A DNA stretch of 64,000 nucleotides from Lama glama (taxonomy: Eukaryota). Shown one piece after another: positions 56,282-64,000 of the stretch. The notes beneath the pieces were generated by a model, which was not told where the DNA came from, made no database searches, and saw only the letters and a program-made list of their open reading frames with translations. Location: NCBI GenBank assembly GCA_028534125.1, contig CM052817.1, forward strand, positions 70,868,001-70,932,000, given 5' to 3'. How positions within the stretch are numbered: position 1 is the first letter of the stretch; the number at the start of each line of letters is the position of its first letter. The position numbers and the translations under genes were made by a program.

Positions 56282-56859
56282 CCTTTTCTGAGAAGTCATC
56301 GAGAATGCAATAGTTTGTAATGAGAAGCTTAACATAAAGAACTAATTTCCTTTCAATCCGCATCTTTAGCTACAGAATAGGAGAGAGAACCTTTCTGATA
56401 GAAAATAAAAGCACTTGAAGAAGTGAAGGTGGCTTACTAACACAATCGTATGTCAAAAACAACAAATAGAAACCTGCACTAATGCAACCACTAAGCAATT
56501 CAGAAACTAACATGTTCTGCAGTCTTTTTCACCATACACATTAAAATTGAATAAAATTGAAGAATAATTTTCAATCTATGAATCTAAGAACGTTGTCTTT
56601 GGACAACACCTTGCCTGTATTTTCTTTGCTGATTATCTCTATCTTCTTTGCTTTCCCTTAACAGACCTTGGTATGCTTCTTAAAATAATATTTGGGACTT
56701 TATTTGCCATTCTTTTACTCAGACATGTTGGTTTTATTAAAGTAAGTTGGGTCTGCATTCTTTCTTTACTATTATTACAGGCAGACTTGACAGACACAGG
56801 ACCTTTGTTTCAAAATGCTCTGCTATGGAGGAAACCTTGTTAAGTAAGTTCCATTTTAC

Positions 56860-56929
56860 CTGCTGGGCAGTTGCACTCTGAAGGTGCTTCTCTTGCAATT
56901 CTTATTTTAGCCATATGTTCATAGGATTT
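56860..56929 (-). CDS. COL25A1: Collagen XXV alpha-1, 70-bp coding exon KSYEHMAKIRIAREAPSECNCPA(G), containing the furin shedding site RIAR|E
   Basis: Too short for the ORF track, so translated by hand. Acceptor ttttcctacag| and donor CAG|GTAAAA. In frame with the previous exon, and the peptide matches the recalled COL25A1 sequence before the first collagenous domain. Confidence 0.97.
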
Positions 56930-57986
56930 CTGTAGGAAAAGAAGAGATATTAACAATCATCAGTAGCATTAGAGAAATGGATTCTTTAGGGACTCTCTGG
57001 CCATATGCTTGATTTACCAGCCTACATAACTAACGTTTACATATGTACTTGGACTTTAGTCAAAAGGTAACAGTACCCAAGCCCTAAAAAAAGAAAATGA
57101 CCATTGACATGATATCAAGACTGCTGGACATCTTTCTCCATTCTTCAACTACCACCACTCTCTGTCTCAGCTCAAGCATATGCAGTCAATGCAAAAAACC
57201 AGCATGAACATATTGCAGATCTAGGTAAGCTATAGGTTTTAAAACAACCAATATTTTATACATAAAGGTCAACGGCTTATCATGCAACTACTGCCAAATA
57301 GCTTCTCCATTCGAAGGGCAAGTTCCAGAAAACCCCCTAACTGTAGTCTAAAGCACCCCTGGTTTTGATGAACATAACATAGATTCTTTTCAACTCTCAA
57401 CTCCAATGGCTCTGCATTCACAAATACCCCTGCCACTGTATCCTTTACAAAAATTAAAGCTATTGTTTTTTTTTCTTTTTAAACGTTGAATGAAAACATT
57501 CAGTGTGCAAAATAATTCATCTGAAATCATTGCAAAGTTATTTCACTTTTAAAAGTGATTACCATTTGTCTGTTGATAACACCCTATGGCTCTAACCTTC
57601 TTACACCCAATGAAGGATATAACAGATGTTATCTCTGCAAGGAATATACTCCACAACACTGGAAAAAACTCACACATGATTCCAGAAGCTAAAAAGAGGT
57701 AAACCACCACCCTGACATTCTGGCCACCCTTCCCCCTTTTAGGCCTCCATATGTGTTTATCATGCAAACATTAAGAAAAGTAAGGGAAGATGACAGAGAC
57801 AGAAAGGGTGATATCAAAGGATGTGCATATACAAATACATGCTACAGTGAGCACAGATGGCCTAGCACATATATGTACACACAGCCATACCAAGTATGCA
57901 TACAGTAAGGTAGAGGCTGATCATGTACACAGAATCACGCCTGTACAAGATGTTATCCACCTGCAAAATACCCCAAGCTTTCACAC

Positions 57987-58283
57987 CTGAGCCAGAAGTC
58001 GCTCCACTTTCTCTTGCACCACAGCTTTGAGCTGATCCAGGCAATCAGGCAGCAGACGGATGGAAGGGTCCCCCTTGGCGGATTCGAGAGCTGCGATCCT
58101 CGCCTGGAGGTGGTTGGTTTTCACCCCCAGGTACAGACAAGACATTACGGCCACCACTGACAGGAGGGCTGCCAGGGCCGCGCAAGAGGGCACCGTCCCG
58201 GCACAACGCTGAGGGGATGCGCTCGGGTCCTTGGAGCTCGGCTCCCGCCCCCCTTCTTTCCCTGCGTGCTTCTTCACCAGCAT
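57987..58283 (-). CDS. COL25A1: Collagen XXV alpha-1, first coding exon (residues 1-99): cytoplasmic N-terminus, type II transmembrane helix, juxtamembrane coiled coil
   Basis: Translation MLVKKHAGKEGGREP...CAALAALLSVVAVMSCLYLGVKTNHLQARIAALESAKG...VQEKVERLLAQ matches the recalled COL25A1 N-terminus. Kozak context ccgccacgATG. Phase-0 donor CAG|GTGTGA at 57987/57986. The exon starts at 58339, after acceptor ttttttctttcttttaag. Confidence 0.97.
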
Positions 58284-58339
58284 CGTGGCGGGGTCGGCTG
58301 TCTGGGCTTTGCCTCCTACCCTCTACCACCTCCAATAAT
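58284..58339 (-). other. COL25A1: 5' UTR portion of exon 2
   Basis: Lies between the polypyrimidine/AG acceptor (58340-58358) and the ATG at 58283. Confidence 0.8.
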
Positions 58340-58433
58340 CTTAAAAGAAAGAAAAAAGACGATTCCTCCAAAGTTCAGTCCAAGTGGCTGCACAACTAGT
58401 TGGGAGAGTGGGAGCCGGGGCGCGGAGACTGAC

Positions 58434-58925
58434 CGCCGCTTTCCTCAGCGCCGAGACCGGCAGACGTGGACCATCCTCCGCTTTCTTTTCCCCTTCCCAG
58501 CTGCGAGTGAAAAAGACCCTCAGTCCGGGGACTGATGGCAGCAAGGTAAAAATCGGAATGAAACCCTCCCGGGTGTTCCTCCTGGCCCCTCAGAGGACGC
58601 ACACCTCTTCAGAGGTCCCCAGAGCGGCCGCGCGGGGTCCAAGGGACAGCAGTCGAGGGGCTGTGAGGGGCCGCCGCTCGCCCTCTCCACAGAGCACCGG
58701 ACCTGTTGCGCCTCTGTCAGCCTGCCTTATTTCTGCCTATTCGGTGTTTTTTCGCACACCGACCTGTGTTTCCCACCTGGCTGCAGTTCCCGGCAAAAAT
58801 GCTGAGAGAGACCGCCAGAGCGCAGTGCAAAAGGGGTGGCCGAGGGGGAGAGGACAGAGGAAAACGAAACACCCAAGCAGAAAATGCGAGTCGCGAAACC
58901 GAAGCCGCGGCTGCCCGATGTATCT
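58434..58925 (-). other. COL25A1: Predicted non-coding exon 1 (5' UTR)
   Basis: Donor GCG|GTCAGT at 58434/58433 gives a 94-bp intron (58340-58433) ending at the exon-2 acceptor. The TSS is placed about 25-30 nt downstream of TATTTAAG and is approximate. Confidence 0.65.
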
Positions 58926-58947
58926 CCGCAGCCTCGCGTGTGCGAGC

Positions 58948-58955
58948 CTTAAATA
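58948..58955 (-). promoter_or_regulatory. TATA-like box TATTTAAG
   Basis: Isolated AT-rich motif inside the CpG island, oriented toward COL25A1 exon 1. Confidence 0.6.
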
Positions 58956-58970
58956 CCCTTCGAGATGCTC

Positions 58971-58972
58971 GT

Positions 58973-59021
<49 letters not shown>

Positions 59022-59040
59022 TGTGTGAGTGCGCGCGCGC
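58971..59040. repeat. Compound (GT)n/(GA)n/(GC)5 microsatellite in the core promoter
   Basis: Directly visible alternating purine-pyrimidine tract. Confidence 0.97.
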
Positions 59041-60319
59041 TCGGAGCGCGGCGTCCCTCCCCCGACCCTCTCCCAGCGCCCGGCCTCCAGCCCGCGCTCC
59101 CGCCGCAGTGCGCCCCCCTTCCGAAGCCCCGGTAGAGGCCCGCCTCATTAGCATAATATATTCACCTTCGCCCAGCCCGCGGGCCGGGCCTGGGAGACCC
59201 CCCGAGGGGCGGGGAGCTTGGGTGGGAGCTGAGCCTGAGGGCTTTTATTAGCATAATATATGCGAATAGCTGGAGCGGCCACTGCGATTGGAAAGGAGCT
59301 TGGCGACCCCTCCCCCCTCCACGGAGTAACTTCAGCGTCCCCTAAGGCCACTTCTCCCGCCTGGGCCAGGGGCCGAAGCGGGGTCTGCCGTGGGGTGGCG
59401 GCAACATTGGCTAGTTCTGACTCGGCCCAGCGGCCCCTCTATATCCCAGTTAAATATGGAGAAATGGCCTCCAGGAGGGAAGAGAGGGAGCAGAAAGCTC
59501 TAGCGCTCCAGGTCTTCACTCTAGCGGCGGGAGCTCTTGCCATCTTGCTCTGGTGTAGCCCTTTCCCCTCCTCCCTCACCTTCCCACATGCCCAGATGCC
59601 AAATGTCTGGCTGACGCCTGAGGTACGTCTCCCCACTTCCCTTCTCTTCCCACGGCCGCGCTGCAGTCTCCGACTGGGGGAAGTTTGCTCTCCCCTCCCC
59701 CGGTTTCCTTCTGTCTGACGGGGCTGAGTCTCCTCCCCGCTCTGTGTTCCTAGTCTGTACTAGGGTGCTAATGCATTTTCCTGATTCCCTGTTTTGTGGG
59801 ACTGAAGAAGGGAGTGTTGAGGTACACACATTTCTCGGGATTTCGGAAAGGACTGAAGAATGAGGTCAATTTTTCCTCTTACCTGACTCTCCTCATGTTT
59901 CTCCCCCAGGATCAAATTACAAGTTCCCTAATGGGATTTTTGAAAGTACGTAAAAAGTAACATTCTACATCTAACTGACTTTGAAGAAAAAAAAATCTCA
60001 CCTCTTAATCCAAAGAAGTCCTTATCTCCTTCTCCCCACAAGAAATATTATCTATTTTTCCTCTCCTTAATCAAGCTAACCTCAAGTTGTTGCTCATTAA
60101 TATAAACAATCAACAAAATACTACACTAAACTGATCTTTCATAAACATAAACGGATATTACTAGGTATGAAGCAGAGTAAAGATGTTTCAACATCTCTTA
60201 GAGGACACAAGTTTGAAAAAATTAGGGGATGAAATAGACACAGATCGGAGGAAAATGGTGATTATTTTAATAAAATCAAAAGCCTAATCCCTTATATTTG
60301 CAGTACACAGTTCACAAAG

Positions 60320-60476
60320 ACAGGTCCCAGATGGGCAACTTGGCATCATCTGAGAACTCATGCAAAATTCTAATTCTAGGCCCCATCCAACATCTACTGA
60401 CTCAGATACACAGCAATCTGTATTTTAACACATCCTCCTAAAGATTTTGAGGAACATTAAAATCTGAGATCACTAG
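60320..60476. mobile_element. MER5A-like hAT-Charlie relic
   Basis: ggccccatccaacatctactgactcaga...gcaatctgtattttaaca...tctgagatcactag. Confidence 0.75.
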
Positions 60477-60689
60477 GGTAACACTTGAAAAAATATTTTC
60501 AAGTGCATTTTTTCATTGGAACCTCATAACCCTGTGATGCAAGTAAGTAATTAGCATATATATATAAAGAAACAATTTTCAAGTCACATTCAATTGTAAT
60601 TAAATGTATTTCCAATAATAGCACCAGAGCGGGTACAAATTTTGCAATATGTCAACACTTTCTGATTTTCTAATTATCTCTCTAAACAT

Positions 60690-61060
60690 TTCTTAGTTTC
60701 CTTTGCAGGCTTTTCCTCGGCCTATCCTTTAAATGTTGGTGCTCCTCAGGACTCTATCTTATGACATCTTCTCTTCTAACTCCATACACTCTCTCCAGTA
60801 GTGCTGTCAATTACTGTCCTTACACTGATGAGTCATAAGCCCATATTGCAAGCCTAAACCCCTCTCCTGAGCCATATAGCTGTTCCACTCGGATATCCTA
60901 TAAGCAGTTCCAACTTGACCCACATCTTATATCCAAACTCTGCTCTTCCTTCTTTATTTTCCATTTCAGTAAATGGAGTTGCCATCCAGCCAGCATTCCC
61001 AAGCCAAAATGCCCAGTAATAACCTTCAACTTCTCCCATGCCCTCCTCTCCCCATCTACA
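60690..61060 (+). mobile_element. L2 fragment
   Basis: ttaaatgttggtgctcctcagg...ttccatttcagtaaatgg...catccagc. Confidence 0.65.
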
Positions 61061-61319
61061 TAAATTCCTTCAATACTTTCTATTGTCCTGAGGGTAGAAA
61101 TTGTTTCCTACAAGTCACCACTTGGGGTCTGTCATCTCACCTTCCTCCTTTCTCACCTTTTCCCTCACACTCTCCACACCAGTTCCTCTAATGAAAGTCT
61201 GGAAAGAAAAAGTATGAAGAACTCTTCTTTGGGGTAAGGCACCACTTTCTTAAATTTCAGTATAAAGACCGTTTTCTATGCTGATTGATGCTGAACAGTA
61301 GGTCACACATTTAATTTGG

Positions 61320-61466
61320 GGTTTTGTTAATTTTTTAAAAAATTTTGGGGGAAGTAATTAGGTTTACTTATTTATTTGTTTATTTTTAATGGAGGTACTG
61401 GGTGTTGAACTCAGGACCTTGTGCATGCTTAGCACACACTCTATCACTGAGCTATACCCTCCTCCA
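61320..61466 (-). mobile_element. tRNA-derived SINE (vic-1-like)
   Basis: Same family. Perfect 15-bp TSD acacatttaatttgg at 61305-61319 / 61467-61481. Confidence 0.92.
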
Positions 61467-61941
61467 ACACATTTAATTTGGATGATACCATTTTCTTATA
61501 TCATCTTTGTGGAAATTGGCCGTGAGAAGGTACATTAACAACTCTTGCAGGCGCTCAGGAATGCCAGCTCTTAGTAGATAGAATTGGAATTTTGTGGATT
61601 TGGGATCTTTATCCAGAGGATTAGTTTTTACTTTATTTCTTTGGTGGGCACAATACCCTAGAAATGTACTAGTCATTAGTGCTAGGCTCTCAAATCCCAG
61701 TAGAGTCTTTGCATTAAGCACAGAGAATGTGAGGATCAAGAAGGCTCTGGGCATTTGAACCCATGGTATTCTGTAGATTCATCAGAGCACAGTTGTTGTT
61801 TTGGTTCCTATGTGAAGAAGGATTCAAAAAAGTGAAAATAGCACTAAATATGGTAGAGTCTAGCTGACTCCATTTTGTCAGTTGGATGAAATCAATGATC
61901 TCAATAGCAGTAAAAGGCAAGCAGCTGGTTGTAGAAAGGTA

Positions 61942-62380
61942 TGTGATTGCAGGACTAATGGACTCCCAAAGATGTCCACGTTCTAGTCCTCAAAACTAGT
62001 AATGGGGAATGTTACCTTACTTGACAAGGTGGATTTGCAGATGTGATTAAAGATCTTGAGATGAGGAGGGCCCAATGTAACCACAAGGATCCTTATAAGA
62101 GGAAAGCAGGATTTTAGAGTAAGAGGAGATGATGACAGAAGCAGAGGTCAGAGTGATGGGAATACTAGTTTTAAAGATGGAAGCCAAAGAATATGGGCAG
62201 TCTCTTGAAGCTTAAAAAGTCAAGGAACAAATGCTCCCCTAGAGCCACCAGAAGGAATGCAGCTTTGCCCATTCTTTGATTTTAGGTCTTCTAACCATCA
62301 GAACTATGACTAATAAGTTTGTGCTGTTTTACTCACTCAGTTTGTGGTAATCTGTTACAACGGCACTGAAAATGAATGGA
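61942..62380 (+). mobile_element. MLT1 (ERVL-MaLR) solo LTR
   Basis: cccaaagatgtccacg...gaatgttacctta...tttgcagatgtgattaa...ccctagagccaccagaaggaatgcagc...tttgtggtaatctgttaca. Confidence 0.85.
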
Positions 62381-64000
62381 ATCAGAGTCACAAGTCTTCA
62401 TCTGCTACGGCATCATGAGTGGTATTGTAACCCCCATAATGCCCTGAAACTCAAGCAGACCCTGTAATAACAATCCCTGTTTCTCAAATGTTTACGCATT
62501 CCTACTTTACTGACATGCCCACTGGGAAAGAACTGGGGAGATACGCCTTCTCCCATGTCATGTAAAGTTAGTATACCTTCTATTGAGGTATATAGAACTG
62601 AATAAAATATGTTCTGTTTCCTTGATGCCTCCCATTGGTGCAACTGAAAAACATTAAACTAAGTCAAGCTGTCCAGTCACTCTCATCTTCTCCTACTAGT
62701 ACTAGCCTAGCCAGGATCTTGACTCAGGACTCAGCGTTACGGCTAGAACTCCTGTCCCCAGTCTCCAGGTTCCCCCCAACCCCCCAAAAAAGAAATCAAC
62801 AGAGACTTCTGACAGAGACATGGCAAAAGTTAAAGTGAGAAAGAACATGACTGGGAGAAAAACAGGATAAAGAGAAAAAATGAAGAAGATAGAAGAAAGA
62901 ACTTTTCAAGTAGCTAAAAGTGTTATTTTTTTTTAAAGGCATAATCCACACCTATAAGCCTCTAAGAGTCTTATCAACAGAGGATATAGAGGTAAACTAA
63001 CACACACTTGAAATTTTGATGTCTTATGTGCATTTAGAAAGATCCTCTGACCAAAATAAGTAGCTGGGATAATCATGTTATACTGCTGTTAGATATTAAT
63101 TACATGACAGAAAAGTATTTGTTTGGTTAGAAAATATCTTTTAGCACCATTAATTTTTGAGGTTAGTTTCATAAAACCACAATTTTAACCAAAGTTCACC
63201 CTCAGAGTTATCAAACAGAAGCAAATGTATGAGGGGAATTTGTGGCCATTTGTGTACACTCACAGCCACCAACTATGTCCTCTCGGTATCTTAATGAAGA
63301 AAATGGTAGAATAAATTGTGTGCCATATTGAGTATTTGAGCATGCTATTTCATAAACTTCAGGTGAGAATGTGCTCCCAGGGAGACATCTTTTAAGAAGA
63401 CAAAGTTTCCCAAATAGAATGGAGTAAGCAGTAAAGTGAACTTAAAAGATGCAGCTGTCCCAGAGCCAGGCAAATTTCAATAAATCACAAACAAATTAGA
63501 AATACCTTCAGAAGGAGAAGAGCAGAAAAGAAGAATTTGGCTCTTAGTGACAGGCTGAAAAATTCCCTTTCAGGCAGATGAAGAAATGATCTCATTTGCA
63601 CAAGCCTGGTTAAGCAAGGGGCTTATAACTGTATGAATTCAATAATCTGGATAATACACGTCTTCCAAACCCCATTCCTCTCTGCAAAGTCAGTTTTATG
63701 TTTGTTTGTTTGTTGTGTTGTTTTGTTTGAAGGGAGGGAGGAGGTGAATTTTTTCTTAAACCTTAGATTATTAATTGGGTTATAACCTCATTTAAGAGAT
63801 TTTTCCCCAAATTTGCCAATTATATTGCTAAGTCTAAGAAGCAACATTTCATTGAACTCTCCAAATCAACTTTTTTTTATAGTGCTAAGTAGACAGAACA
63901 TGTTTGTAACATTGATTCAGATCATGGTTACAAGTACTCCAAGACCAGACTGTCTGGGTTCATAATCCAGCTCTGCTATTTTATAGCTGTGTGGCTTTGG

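Larger units (their letters stand above)
1..56859 (-). other. COL25A1: Start of a very large COL25A1 intron that runs past the window edge
   Basis: Begins at the exon-3 donor. No Gly-X-Y exon was recognised anywhere in 1-56859, and the content is repeat-rich non-coding DNA. Confidence 0.85.
58050..59720. promoter_or_regulatory. CpG island / promoter of COL25A1
   Basis: Abrupt rise in GC and CpG density against a CpG-depleted AT-rich background. Contains a GC box GGGGCGGGG (59206-59214) and CCAAT on the minus strand (ATTGG near 59286 and 59406). Confidence 0.92.

Noticed and set aside
1..56859. Many 60-120 aa ORFs in the intron as possible nested genes or further collagen exons
   Set aside because: No Gly-X-Y pattern, recognisable domains or consistent splice structure. 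Their lengths and composition fit random AT-rich or repeat-derived sequence.
58741..58762. Hairpin tcggtgt-N8-acaccga in the predicted exon 1
   Set aside because: A 7-bp stem is expected by chance at this scale, with no other support.
58384..59016. 210-aa plus-strand ORF and other overlapping ORFs in the CpG island
   Set aside because: Stop-codon scarcity in GC-rich DNA explains them. They are Arg/Ala/Pro-rich, low in complexity, run into the GT repeat and show no recognisable domain.

Overview
Mammalian genomic DNA, AT-rich and dense in repeats. The tRNA-derived SINEs and the young L1 point to a camelid (inference). The window holds the 5' end of COL25A1 (collagen XXV alpha-1 / CLAC-P) on the minus strand. 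This comprises a CpG-island promoter (~58.0-59.7 kb), a predicted non-coding exon 1 (~58925-58434), coding exon 2 (58339-57987; cytoplasmic tail, TM helix, coiled coil) and the 70-bp exon 3 (56929-56860; furin site). Positions 1-56859 are the start of one very large intron. That intron carries a full-length RPS3A processed pseudogene, a solo ERV1-type LTR, lineage-specific SINEs (one with a nested 157-bp polyadenylated insert), a young L1 spanning a 500-N gap, a perfect 73-bp tandem duplication and many ancient MIR/L2/CR1/MER/MLT relics. The best leads are: a predicted spliced divergent transcript encoding a candidate 69-aa single-pass micropeptide; an identical 15-bp POU/octamer-like motif repeated exactly 100 bp apart in the promoter; a single strong-context uORF; and E-box and CTCF regulatory candidates. 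No prokaryotic-type systems are present. Repeat family names come from recall of consensus sequences, and boundaries without TSDs are approximate.
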